From the NCBI GenBank assembly GCA_902763905.1, contig CACWUA010000001.1:66291-130290 (forward strand): DNA of 64,000 nt, in the 5' to 3' direction. The translations under genes were made by a program, and so were the position numbers. This document shows positions 45,174-54,661 of this stretch, piece by piece; position 1 is the first letter of the stretch, and every line of letters starts with the position of its first letter. The notes under the pieces were generated by a model that did no database searches, had not been told where the DNA came from, and saw only the letters and a program-made list of their open reading frames with translations. Source of the stretch: an uncultured Pseudomonadota bacterium. GTDB taxonomy: Bacteria > Pseudomonadota > Alphaproteobacteria > RF32 > CAG-239.

Positions 45174-45530
45174 ATGTTGTACAGAAAAATAAAGGATTTT
45201 CTTTATAAAAACCGCTATACAATAGCTATGGTGCTTTCTTTATTTTTGTATACAACGGAAACATTTGCCGCTACCGGCGATACCGGCAATTTCAGCGCTT
45301 TGATTATATCCGGTAAAACAATGTTCTCCGGTTTGCGCAAAGTTATTTATCCGGCGGCTACCATCGGTATAGCCAGTGTTTGCATCGGTGGTATGTTTGG
45401 CAGTTTTAACTGGAAGTGGCTGATTGCAATCATGCTCGGAGTTTTTGTTATTGCTTTTGCCGAGCAGGTGGGTGCACTCGCCACCGGTTCTGAAATGGAC
45501 ATGGAAGCCAATATGAATGGTAACGGTTAG
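45174..45530 (+). CDS. virB2: VirB2/TrbC-type T4SS pilin, paralog 2
   Basis: AAAGGAGGA RBS before ATG 45174. Signal ...TTETFA-AT. Two hydrophobic helices separated by FGSFNWKW. Confidence 0.7.
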   Translation: MLYRKIKDFLYKNRYTIAMVLSLFLYTTETFAATGDTGNFSALIISGKTMFSGLRKVIYPAATIGIASVCIGGMFGSFNWKWLIAIMLGVFVIAFAEQVGALATGSEMDMEANMNGNG

Positions 45531-45539
45531 GAGATGAAA

Positions 45540-45914
45540 ATGTTGCAGATGCGTTTTTTTGCTTTACTTTTCTTAGTGGTTTGCGGTGGCGTTTCCGATG
45601 CCTTTGCCGACAGCGATATATTTGTGCAATTGGCCGATAAAGCCACCACTATCGGTTTAGGGCTGCGCAACAGCGGATATATGATTGCCGGAATGGGCTT
45701 GGTTGTATTTTCTGTTATGGCCATTTTTAACAAAATATCGTGGAAAAATCTGGCATATATTATGTTGAGCTGCTTTTTGCTCAGTATTATGTTTGCGGCC
45801 GTTAACTATGTTGCCGAGGGAGGAAAAAACATTCCTGAACTGCAATATGACAGCTCGGGTTCCGAAGCCGGTAGTGTGCCGGGTGATGCCACCAAGGTTC
45901 CGGTAACAAAATAA
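45540..45914 (+). CDS. virB2: VirB2/TrbC-type T4SS pilin, paralog 3
   Basis: Signal ...GGVSDAFA-DS. Two hydrophobic helices separated by FNKISWKN. Same architecture as the two preceding genes. Confidence 0.7.
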   Translation: MLQMRFFALLFLVVCGGVSDAFADSDIFVQLADKATTIGLGLRNSGYMIAGMGLVVFSVMAIFNKISWKNLAYIMLSCFLLSIMFAAVNYVAEGGKNIPELQYDSSGSEAGSVPGDATKVPVTK

Positions 45915-45933
45915 CAATCGGAGATATCGCTGA

Positions 45934-46377
45934 ATGAAAATTATTATCCTTATCTTTCTTTTCGGTTTTATAATTATGCCGGCACAGGCATATATGGAAG
46001 ATAATCGTGCCGGAGAAACTCAACTCACCGCCGGCGAACAAAACAGCAATTTGCATAAACTCAGCAGTCGCGGCAATGAAATATTGAAAAAACTGAAACA
46101 AGCAGATGCGTATGTTGAACGGGCACAAGCTGCCGGAAAACGGGTTAATGCCTCTGCATTGGAAGATTTATTGAATTCAGACCAAAAAGATAAGGCAGAA
46201 CAGGAAATGGAAAGATTTGCGGCAACCGTTAAAAAACAGACTGCAGATCCGTCGCACTTAAAAGTATCTCCCGAAAACGAATTGTTTACACTATTTGTTA
46301 AACTCGGTAACGAGCAGCAAAGAGACAGTGAGACGGCACGTCAGCTTGTTGCCGATTTGAAACGGAGGGCAAGATGA
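45934..46377 (+). CDS. Small secreted helical protein, unknown function
   Basis: Signal peptide MKIIILIFLFGFIIMPAQA. Charged helical remainder. Stop overlaps the virB3 start. Confidence 0.6.
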   Translation: MKIIILIFLFGFIIMPAQAYMEDNRAGETQLTAGEQNSNLHKLSSRGNEILKKLKQADAYVERAQAAGKRVNASALEDLLNSDQKDKAEQEMERFAATVKKQTADPSHLKVSPENELFTLFVKLGNEQQRDSETARQLVADLKRRAR

Positions 46378-46664
46378 GAGAAGAAATCTTAAAAGCCGTG
46401 GCTCAGCCGCCAAAAGTATTGTGGGCACCAATGGTGCCGGCCATTATCAATTTGGGCATACAGTTTCCGATGATGTTTATGGCAATGGGCGTTGCCGACA
46501 TAAATCCGCTGTTTTTTATATTTTTGATTTTGGCGGGACATATCGCTTTGGTTTTTGCCGGTTTGAAAGAGCCTCACCTGTCGCAAATGCTTCGCGGCTA
46601 CGGCCAAACATATATAAAAACCACAAATTTGTATCCGGTCAAAGGGAGTAAGTTTGAACCATGA
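46374..46664 (+). CDS. virB3: VirB3/TrbD-family T4SS inner-membrane protein
   Basis: 96 aa. PPKVLWAPMVPAIINLG, two TM helices, then LKEPHLSQMLRGYGQ...LYPV (TrbD-like DPxxxxxxxR...YYP pattern). ATGA overlap with virB4. Confidence 0.75.
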   Translation: MREEILKAVAQPPKVLWAPMVPAIINLGIQFPMMFMAMGVADINPLFFIFLILAGHIALVFAGLKEPHLSQMLRGYGQTYIKTTNLYPVKGSKFEP

Positions 46665-47587
46665 ATGAATACGATTTTTTCAACCTGTTTGTGCGCGGAT
46701 TGAGCAATTTCGAAATTGTGGTTGCTCTTATTGGTATTTTAGCAGCAGCCTCGTTTGCCGTTTTGCTGGCAACAAAATTCGGTAATTGGGTTTTGCCGCA
46801 GCCGCGAGAATCACGAGTTTCTGACTTTCTGCCGTTTCAAAAACTTATGTCTGACGGTGTTACCATTCAGTGCCGCAACAATTCGTATGCCCGCGTTTTC
46901 CGTCTGGAAGGTGTTGATTTATCTTCTGCCACCGACGAAAAAGTCTATTCCATGATGGAAGCACGTAAATCATGGCTTGATGATTTATCGAACATGCAGG
47001 TAATTGCCCGAGTAATCACCACCCGCGATCATGATGCGCTGGAAAGTGAAAAGCGCGACTTTAATAACAAGTTATTGGATACGATTTCACAGGTTTGGTT
47101 TAACCAAATGGATAGAATTTATACCAATAAACACTACATTATATTGTCGGTTATCGACCGTAAAGATGCGTTAAAAGATTTGAACTATGCTTCGCAAAGC
47201 CTGATGTCTACTTTGGGAGAATACGGTGTCAGTCCGATGTATGAGACTGAAGGCAGTAATCCGATTGACAGCCCGTTTTATTTGTTTTCAAGGTTATGCA
47301 GTCCGGTTTCCAAACCAACTCCGAAAATTAACAATGCGGAAGGCGCTCGATTATGTGAACTATTGACCGGAGATCATATCCACTTTACTCAAGAAGAGGG
47401 GATTATTCACTTTTTTTCCGGCGATAATGATTTGTATGAAATTGCTTTTGGGATACGTTCTTGCGGTGAAGCATGGGATGAAAGTATGATTTATTCCTTA
47501 AACGCTATTGATAGTGAGCTTGTTATAGTTCACAACATTCGTCCGATGTTCAGAGCACAGGCCAGAGGTTTGCTTGGCTTCAATTGA
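46661..47587 (+). CDS. virB4: VirB4/TrbE-family ATPase, N-terminal fragment (frameshift-split)
   Basis: N-terminal TM, then SDFLPFQKLMSDGVTIQCRNNSYARVFRLEGVDLSSATDEK, typical of the CagE/TrbE/VirB4 N-domain. Terminates at TGA 47585-47587 while the +1 frame continues the protein. Confidence 0.8.
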   Translation: MNEYDFFNLFVRGLSNFEIVVALIGILAAASFAVLLATKFGNWVLPQPRESRVSDFLPFQKLMSDGVTIQCRNNSYARVFRLEGVDLSSATDEKVYSMMEARKSWLDDLSNMQVIARVITTRDHDALESEKRDFNNKLLDTISQVWFNQMDRIYTNKHYIILSVIDRKDALKDLNYASQSLMSTLGEYGVSPMYETEGSNPIDSPFYLFSRLCSPVSKPTPKINNAEGARLCELLTGDHIHFTQEEGIIHFFSGDNDLYEIAFGIRSCGEAWDESMIYSLNAIDSELVIVHNIRPMFRAQARGLLGFN

Positions 47588-49019
47588 TGACAGCGATAAT
47601 GACTATCAATCGCTGTCAGAATACGCGATGACTATTATTGCCAAAGGACATTCCAAAGAAGAATTGGATTTTGCCGAGTCTGAAATTCAACGTATCTGCC
47701 GTGCATTCGGTGTAACTCCGGTGCGTGAGGGTTGGGTAACACAGGCAGTGTTCTTTACACAATTCCCGACTTACGACACATATCCGCGGACGTATATGTT
47801 CTTGTCGCGGGCTATTGCTATGGGTATAACTCTTGATAAACCGGCGGAAGGCTTTAATAAAAGCGACTGGGGTAACGGAGCCATAACCGTTTTCCGCACA
47901 ATGTCGGGATCGGCTTATCGTTTTCAATTTCATGTCAGCAGTGAAGAATCTGCGGTGGCCCACTGTTGCATTATCGGACCTACCGGACAAGGTAAAACGA
48001 CATTGCTGACATTTTTGGCCGGACAAGCCATGCGTCACGCCGATTTGCGTGTATTTTTCTTCGATCGCCATCTCGGTGCACAGATTTTCACCCACGCGAT
48101 TAAGGGGGCTTATGTCGGCTTTGATGGTGATGAGAAAAACGTGTCGCTTAATCCGTTTGATTGTGCCAACACTTCTGAGAATCGTGCGTTTTTACGGCGC
48201 TGGTTGAAATCAATCACCATGGTTGACGATGCTTTGGCCGATCGTGAAGTGGCGCGAGCCGTTACCACGGCATTTGATTATCTGCGACCGGAAGAGCGTC
48301 TTTTATCAAATTTATATAAAAGTTGCTTTTCTCCGACCGGAAATATGCGCCGCGAGCTGTATCGCTGGGTAAATCCGGACCAGTACGGAGCAATATTCAA
48401 CGGACAGAATGATAGCTTGGACTTGAAAAGTCGTCGTTTTATGGCATTTGATTTTACTCACATTTTTGAAGATGAAAATTTGGCACCGGCGGTAATCAGT
48501 TATATTATGCACCGTATTCAATCCGAAACCGGAGAAACCGGCGTTCCGTCACTGATTATGATTGATGAAACCGCGCCGATGTTAAAGCATCCGATGTTTA
48601 GAGACTATTTTATTATCGGTTTGCAGGAAGGCCGCAAAAAGCGTCAGGCATATCTTTGTGCCTTCCAACAGCCGAATATTGTGGATAAGTTGGGTGTGGG
48701 CGAAGTGATTCGCGGTCAATGCCAAACCGTAATCTTTTTCCGCAACCCGCAAGCGCAGCCTGAAGATTATGCCAACTGGAATCTGACGCAAAGTGAAATG
48801 GACTTTATTTTCGGTAAAAGTTATCGTGATTTTCCTTATGCTATTTTGTTGTCGCGGCCGGTAACCGGTGAATCGGTTATTTTGGATGTTAACTTGGGTG
48901 GTTTGGGTAAATATCTGCGTATTTATAATTCCGGTCGCAAAAACGTGCTACTTGTCCAACAATTGATTAAAGAATACGGCGAAGACGGTTTCTTAACCAA
49001 ATATCTGGATATTTCATAG
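47574..49019 (+). CDS. virB4: VirB4/TrbE-family ATPase, C-terminal fragment with NTPase domain (frameshift-split)
   Basis: Walker A GPTGQGKTT, Walker B LIMIDETAPML, FQQPNI and VIFFRNPQA blocks. This frame is open only from 47529, so the shift lies within 47529-47587. 308+481 aa equals the normal VirB4 length. Confidence 0.85.
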   Translation: MASIDDSDNDYQSLSEYAMTIIAKGHSKEELDFAESEIQRICRAFGVTPVREGWVTQAVFFTQFPTYDTYPRTYMFLSRAIAMGITLDKPAEGFNKSDWGNGAITVFRTMSGSAYRFQFHVSSEESAVAHCCIIGPTGQGKTTLLTFLAGQAMRHADLRVFFFDRHLGAQIFTHAIKGAYVGFDGDEKNVSLNPFDCANTSENRAFLRRWLKSITMVDDALADREVARAVTTAFDYLRPEERLLSNLYKSCFSPTGNMRRELYRWVNPDQYGAIFNGQNDSLDLKSRRFMAFDFTHIFEDENLAPAVISYIMHRIQSETGETGVPSLIMIDETAPMLKHPMFRDYFIIGLQEGRKKRQAYLCAFQQPNIVDKLGVGEVIRGQCQTVIFFRNPQAQPEDYANWNLTQSEMDFIFGKSYRDFPYAILLSRPVTGESVILDVNLGGLGKYLRIYNSGRKNVLLVQQLIKEYGEDGFLTKYLDIS

Positions 49020-49100
49020 AACTTAAATTTAACAAAAATGTCATACAAAGCGGCGAAAAAATATGGTAGAATAAAGTAATAGGAATTATAGGAGGCAATC

Positions 49101-49808
49101 ATGATGGATAAATTAAAGAGGATAAGATATTTTGCTCTCTTAGCTGTTATGATGTTGTTCGGCGCGGGTATAACATGTGTTTATGCCGAAATGCCTACCG
49201 ATGATTCGTTGAAAAATTCCGAAAATAGCGAACAGGATAGTACGGAAAAGCACGACGAGAAAATAGAAGAAGATAAAAAAGAAGAACTTGATAAAGCACA
49301 AAAAGATCGCGGCTACGGTCCACTTAATTCGCTTGATTTATATATGAATGTAATCAATACGGTGGAAGGTGCCGTAACCGGCGATAGATTCGGCGAAAAT
49401 TTAGAAAAAATGCTCAAAAAATACGGTGCGGTTGTAGCCAGTGAACAAGCTATGCTGGCCGCCAAGAAAATGGAAAAATATGAACGGCAAAAAGCAGCGA
49501 GCAAACAGCTGCGCGAAGAAAAAGAAGCCAAAGATGAAGCGGTAAAAGATATAAAAAACGAGCGTCAGAAAAAGGATAAAAAAAGATCGTCATTGCTGAG
49601 TAAATCATATAATTGGTACAAAAACAATTCGCAAGCGCAGTCGACAGTTGAGGGAATTGTCAATTCGGTTGCAAACAATAATTATGAAGGAGCTGTCGAT
49701 CGTTTGGTTAATGATGCCGGCAGTGCGGCTATAGATGCGCAAGTTAAAAAATACGAGAATAACGAGGCGGCAAAGTCGGGTAACGCAGAAACCCCGACAA
49801 ATAAATAG
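49101..49808 (+). CDS. Secreted Lys/Glu-rich coiled-coil protein (T4SS-associated, unknown function) P1
   Basis: AGGAGG RBS. Signal peptide ...GITCVYA-EM. Shares GDRFGENLEK / NWYKNNSQAQS blocks with the next gene (WGRFGDDPFG / NWLKKNRSGVQ). Confidence 0.7.
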   Translation: MMDKLKRIRYFALLAVMMLFGAGITCVYAEMPTDDSLKNSENSEQDSTEKHDEKIEEDKKEELDKAQKDRGYGPLNSLDLYMNVINTVEGAVTGDRFGENLEKMLKKYGAVVASEQAMLAAKKMEKYERQKAASKQLREEKEAKDEAVKDIKNERQKKDKKRSSLLSKSYNWYKNNSQAQSTVEGIVNSVANNNYEGAVDRLVNDAGSAAIDAQVKKYENNEAAKSGNAETPTNK

Positions 49809-49828
49809 AATAACGGGAGACGGGACTG

Positions 49829-50617
49829 ATGATTGGAAAAACGCAAAAAATAATTCAAACGGTTGTCCTTGTTGTGGCGATAACTCTCTGTGCATGCAAT
49901 GCCAACGCACAGGGTATTCCGATATTTTTTAAAACATATATGGCCGACTATATGCGCTCATGGACTTTGAGTACCATTGAAAAAAATCAAAGTACAAAAG
50001 CACATAACAATCGCAAGCTGGTAGAAGAAAATGCCGAACGCGGCAACAGTCCGGAAGTGCGATCGACATATAATAAAATGCTTAATAAATTTGTAAATAA
50101 TATGAATTGGGGACGCTTCGGAGATGATCCGTTCGGAACGATATATGCTGCCGGTGAGAAAACTGTCGATACCCAATCACAAGAATTTATCGCCGAACAA
50201 AAACGCAAGGGCAGAGAGTATTTGCAAAAAAAACTCGATGAAGAGCTGAAAGAACAGCAAGAAGATAAAGCATGGGAAGAAGAGGATAAGGCCAATGCCG
50301 CCGGCGGCGGTTCTTCCGATACATTATCAGGAACGGCTTCCGGTTCAGGTACGGAGAATAATGTATCTTCACAACAAAACAACAGCGGAAAATATCAAAA
50401 ATACAAAGCACAGGTGTTTAATTGGCTCAAGAAAAATCGTTCAGGCGTGCAAAATGCCGCAAAAGCTGCGGTTTCCGGAGATGATGTCGGCGACAAAGTC
50501 GATAAGATGGCCACAGATACGATAGAAGATATTGCGGCATCAGGACAGCAAAAATTGAAGCAAAAATTGGAGCAGCAAAAGCAGCCTGCGGGAACTCAGA
50601 CACCTACGTATCAATAA
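49829..50617 (+). CDS. Secreted coiled-coil protein, distant paralog of P1 (P2)
   Basis: Signal peptide ...ITLCACNANA-QG, a Gly/Ser-rich middle, and shared blocks with P1. Confidence 0.7.
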   Translation: MIGKTQKIIQTVVLVVAITLCACNANAQGIPIFFKTYMADYMRSWTLSTIEKNQSTKAHNNRKLVEENAERGNSPEVRSTYNKMLNKFVNNMNWGRFGDDPFGTIYAAGEKTVDTQSQEFIAEQKRKGREYLQKKLDEELKEQQEDKAWEEEDKANAAGGGSSDTLSGTASGSGTENNVSSQQNNSGKYQKYKAQVFNWLKKNRSGVQNAAKAAVSGDDVGDKVDKMATDTIEDIAASGQQKLKQKLEQQKQPAGTQTPTYQ

Positions 50618-50645
50618 AATATCATAGTGGAAAAGGAAATGTACA

Positions 50646-52202
50646 ATGATAAAAGAAAATAGTTTACTGAAAATATTTATACTGAGTGCTTTTATAATGT
50701 TATATAACGCATCGGCGGCCTTTTCCGGCGATGAAGTTAAAAATGATACGACAACTTATAAAAACGGACAAGCAGACAAGGAAACAACATTCGGTTATGC
50801 CGCAGGCGGTTCAAACGGCAAATCTTCAGGCGGTTCCGCCAGTGCTTCCGCCGATGCTTCAAAGACAAATCCGGCAGAAGCAGATGCAACGGCAAAAGCT
50901 GATGAAGAGGCCAAAAAAGAAGCCGAAGATGTGAAATACAGCAATTTATATCATGATCGTCCGCTATTTCCGCAAAAAATGATGATGTATTGCAAAGTAA
51001 ATGCCGAAGACATTGCCAAAGATTTAAGTAAAATTGAGGAATGTATCAAAAAATACGTTAAAGCTATGAATAACGACAATTCCGCCATTAGAGAACAAGG
51101 GTTGAAAGATTATGATGAAATGCGTTATCAGGCACTTAATGATACGCTTACGGTAGCAACCGATAAATTAAAAAGTGTGATTAATTACAACGAAACGCAA
51201 AATGCTTATTCCACCGCTACGGCAAAATCCAACACTCAGCGAGATACTGAGGGAGCGCTTACCAATGCACACGCGTTTGCTACGGATATAATAAATAATT
51301 TGCGGGAATTGTATGCGGAAAACCTCAAATATATGGCAATTGATGCTATCAGAGACATAGATCCTTCGGCAATATTAAGCGATGTTGAGTACGCTACCAG
51401 TAAAACTGCGGTAAAAGGTTCTGCTTCAACCGAGACGGATTCCGGTGTTATCAGCAACGAAACCAGTATTACACCGGAAGCTACCGATGCTTCTGCAGAA
51501 GACAATGCTGAGAAAGATGAAGCGGAAGAATCAAATGAAGAAGGACAAATAGGTACTTCCGAAGAAGGAGATTACGGAGATGAAGGTACGGTTGCCGGCA
51601 CATTCCTTGGCAGCAACCAGTGTGAAATCAATGGTAAAACCGGCGTTTGCTCTGATGGAGTATATCGCGCCAAGACAGGTGAAACCTATGAGTGTTATGA
51701 GGGGGCCTGCGATTTGGTTGAGGAGAATGGCGGTACGGTTTTGAAAGAGGTTATAGTCAATGGCTCAAGCAAAATAGATGCGTATGAAAAAATGAGTGCC
51801 GAGGATTTCGCAGCGCATCAGGATGAGGTTGAACAATTGCGCCAAGATTTGACGGCAGCGATGAATGCACCCGATGCAACAGACAAAGAAATCTCCAATG
51901 CACAAAAAGCACTTGACCGTTTGGCTGAAGTCGAGCAAGCCAAGAAAAAAGAACAGCAAGACAGCCGCAATGAAAATTATTTGACTACAGCCAAAGGTAT
52001 GTCGCAAGAAACTTTTGTTGAGGCTTATAATCGTTATTCTTCATTGATAAACGATCCTGACACTGCGGCAAGTATCAAAGAAGATGCACAGTATTATCTC
52101 GATATATTGAACCAAGCGGCATCAAGCGTATTTTCGGGACAGGCCTGCGCACAGGTAAAACGCGACTACGGTTTATCCGTCAGTTGCAATGATTGGAATT
52201 AA
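50646..52202 (+). CDS. Secreted protein, unknown function (P3)
   Basis: Signal peptide ...LYNASAAFS. Helical module CIKKYVKAMNNDNS...LRELYAENLKYMAIDAI. Cys-rich patch CEINGKTGVCSDGVYRAKTGETYECYEGAC. Confidence 0.7.
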   Translation: MIKENSLLKIFILSAFIMLYNASAAFSGDEVKNDTTTYKNGQADKETTFGYAAGGSNGKSSGGSASASADASKTNPAEADATAKADEEAKKEAEDVKYSNLYHDRPLFPQKMMMYCKVNAEDIAKDLSKIEECIKKYVKAMNNDNSAIREQGLKDYDEMRYQALNDTLTVATDKLKSVINYNETQNAYSTATAKSNTQRDTEGALTNAHAFATDIINNLRELYAENLKYMAIDAIRDIDPSAILSDVEYATSKTAVKGSASTETDSGVISNETSITPEATDASAEDNAEKDEAEESNEEGQIGTSEEGDYGDEGTVAGTFLGSNQCEINGKTGVCSDGVYRAKTGETYECYEGACDLVEENGGTVLKEVIVNGSSKIDAYEKMSAEDFAAHQDEVEQLRQDLTAAMNAPDATDKEISNAQKALDRLAEVEQAKKKEQQDSRNENYLTTAKGMSQETFVEAYNRYSSLINDPDTAASIKEDAQYYLDILNQAASSVFSGQACAQVKRDYGLSVSCNDWN

Positions 52203-52232
52203 TGTATGGAACGGCAACGGAAGGAGGATAGG

Positions 52233-53378
52233 ATGAAAAAATATATGATTGCATTTATAATTGTCATCGGACTTCTGTTGCCGAAATACGCGGTCGCAGA
52301 ACTCGATTTCATTAAAGACTTCATTGGAGGTGTTGAAATCGGTGAGGAAAACGTATCCTTATATGTTAATGACAATGTTAAGGGACAGGTTAATTTGCAA
52401 GAAAAAACCACCGATACCAAAAATCAGAAAAAGGCCAAAAGTTTGGCTCGTACGGCAATACAAGTCTTGAATGGATCTCAAAAAGCCCGTAAATTTATCG
52501 ACACCGGTGATTATTCTGAATTTTTCAATACCAAAATAAGTAATTTGCAATGGCCGGGGATTGATGCCGCGACCGATTGCGGTGAATATACTTCGCCGAT
52601 GACCAAGCGTCAGGTACTTATGTCTTATTTTAAGAAAAAACACGTTGATAACGATGTTCAGGTATCGGTAGCCAAAGATGTGGCTATGAATAATCTGGCG
52701 ATTGAAAACTTGGCAATTGATTATGCCAATGCTTTAGTTACGCGTAGGCAATTGCAGGAAGAATCAAAGAAGCTTTCTACGCCTGATGAACAGAGAGGAG
52801 ATAAAGATGCTAAAAATTCGGGCAAAGACATTATGGAGTTGGAGTGGAACTACGGCGTGGTAATGCGGCGTGCCAATAATCGCTGGTTGAATATACTTTT
52901 GTTTGAATCTTCTCATATCTCCAATATTTTGAAAGAGCGCGCGAATAAGGTTCGTCTCGATGATACGGCCGATGTTCTCGGTGAAAAAACGGAAGAAACT
53001 GTTGAACAATTGAAAGAACACGGTGTGAGAACACCGCAATACGGTTCAAACGGTATAACTATAGGCAATGTGGAAAATTTGGTTAATAAAGGCATCGATG
53101 CCGTCAAACGCAAAGATTATTCTTCAGCCTTTAATTCCATGGCGGGTATTTATTCCGGAAGTCCGGCATACAACCCGGAGGTAGCCAAAACCATCAACAA
53201 AGTTTCGAGTAAAGTAGAAGCCGGGCAAAGAGCATACAATAATGCCGACAACAAAAATTATGACGCACTTTCGGAACAGGTATTTGTTGAAGGTCAAAAG
53301 TATTACAAACAGCAAAAAGATAAAAATAACAAGGAGAAAGCAGATGATAAAACCGATGCTAACAATGGTCAAAAATAG
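52233..53378 (+). CDS. Secreted protein, unknown function (P4)
   Basis: GGAGG RBS before ATG 52233. Signal peptide MKKYMIAFIIVIGLLLPKYAVA. Module MSYFKKKHVDNDV...WLNILLFESSHISNI. Confidence 0.7.
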   Translation: MKKYMIAFIIVIGLLLPKYAVAELDFIKDFIGGVEIGEENVSLYVNDNVKGQVNLQEKTTDTKNQKKAKSLARTAIQVLNGSQKARKFIDTGDYSEFFNTKISNLQWPGIDAATDCGEYTSPMTKRQVLMSYFKKKHVDNDVQVSVAKDVAMNNLAIENLAIDYANALVTRRQLQEESKKLSTPDEQRGDKDAKNSGKDIMELEWNYGVVMRRANNRWLNILLFESSHISNILKERANKVRLDDTADVLGEKTEETVEQLKEHGVRTPQYGSNGITIGNVENLVNKGIDAVKRKDYSSAFNSMAGIYSGSPAYNPEVAKTINKVSSKVEAGQRAYNNADNKNYDALSEQVFVEGQKYYKQQKDKNNKEKADDKTDANNGQK

Positions 53379-54648
53379 CGGAATATCAGTATTTCTGTTT
53401 GCTATATATCTTTGCTGTGCCTTGGGCTTTTATACACCACAGGTATATGCACTGGCTTATTTGGATTCCATTTCCGGAACTATAACCGATATCGGCACCA
53501 AAATAATGAAAGATATGCAAAATGACGAGGGCATGACGGCAAATATTTTGGAAAAACTGAACGGAAAAACCTTGCAAGCACAATACGGCAACCCACAAAA
53601 AAAAGAACCGGAGAGTGCGCAGTTATATAAAAAGATTTTGCAGGGATCTGCAGATATTATCGCAGACACGGCCAAGGGACAATATGCCGCCGGTGATTAT
53701 TCGGCAAAAGGTTTCATTGATGCGTTGACCGGACAATTGGGAGAACTGACTCAAGAATATAATGAGTGGGAAAAGAAAATGAATGATGCAATTGAAGCCG
53801 AAGAAAAAGAAAAATTAAATAAGAAAATGGCTATGCAAAAGCAGATGGTTCTTTTACAATCACAGCGGAGCGCCCTTGATTCCCTAATTGAACAAGAATC
53901 TACACCGGAAAGAGAGGCGCAATTGGATGCGTTGGATTTGGCTATTGCAGATATGGCATTGCAAATCAAACAAAACGATGAAAAAGATGTTATGACAACC
54001 AGTAATGTCAAAAAAACCAAACGCAAAATGAATAAATTGAAAAAGAAAATAGAAAAAGCAACTGCTGAACTGTCTGAAGATAAAATTCAAGAGAAGATGC
54101 AAACAGAATTAATGAAGTTGTTCGGTATAGAGCCAAATAAAGAAGAAGAGGAAATTTATGAAACAGCAATCAGTAAACTCTTTTTGCACGAAGATGAAAC
54201 AGATAATCCGCAAAATGTGCAGCGTGTTATAGATGAACGCAATCGCGAATATTATGATGCGATAAAAAATGCTTTGGAAACAGTGGTTATTACCAGAGAC
54301 AGCATAACAACTACCAATCAGCACAGTGTTGCTTGTACAGATGCCTCCACAAAAGAAGCAGACGGAGTATTCGGAGCAATGGGACTAAGGCAATGTGTTG
54401 AATTGCAAAATTCTATTGCCGCCGCCGGATATCTGGAAATTATGCTGGCAATGATGCAACTGCAAACCACAAGTGAAATGATAAATTGGAAAAATAAATA
54501 CAGACTTCGCGATTATGACAAAGATTTTACCAAGTTTAATCTCGATGATTATTTGCTGACTAAGGAAGACTTACTGTCAAAACTTAAAAATCAGTCCAAA
54601 GACAAATTTAAAGACGTGCTTAAAAACAAAGTAAAGGGCTTCTTTTAA
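53344..54648 (+). CDS. Secreted or membrane-anchored coiled-coil protein, unknown function (P5)
   Basis: AAGGAG RBS before ATG 53344 (overlaps the P4 end). Hydrophobic N-terminus ISVFLFAIYLCCALGFYTPQVYA. Module ISKLFLHEDETDN...YLEIMLAMMQLQTTSEMI. Confidence 0.65.
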   Translation: MIKPMLTMVKNSGISVFLFAIYLCCALGFYTPQVYALAYLDSISGTITDIGTKIMKDMQNDEGMTANILEKLNGKTLQAQYGNPQKKEPESAQLYKKILQGSADIIADTAKGQYAAGDYSAKGFIDALTGQLGELTQEYNEWEKKMNDAIEAEEKEKLNKKMAMQKQMVLLQSQRSALDSLIEQESTPEREAQLDALDLAIADMALQIKQNDEKDVMTTSNVKKTKRKMNKLKKKIEKATAELSEDKIQEKMQTELMKLFGIEPNKEEEEIYETAISKLFLHEDETDNPQNVQRVIDERNREYYDAIKNALETVVITRDSITTTNQHSVACTDASTKEADGVFGAMGLRQCVELQNSIAAAGYLEIMLAMMQLQTTSEMINWKNKYRLRDYDKDFTKFNLDDYLLTKEDLLSKLKNQSKDKFKDVLKNKVKGFF

Positions 54649-54661
54649 GGATTAGGAGGAA

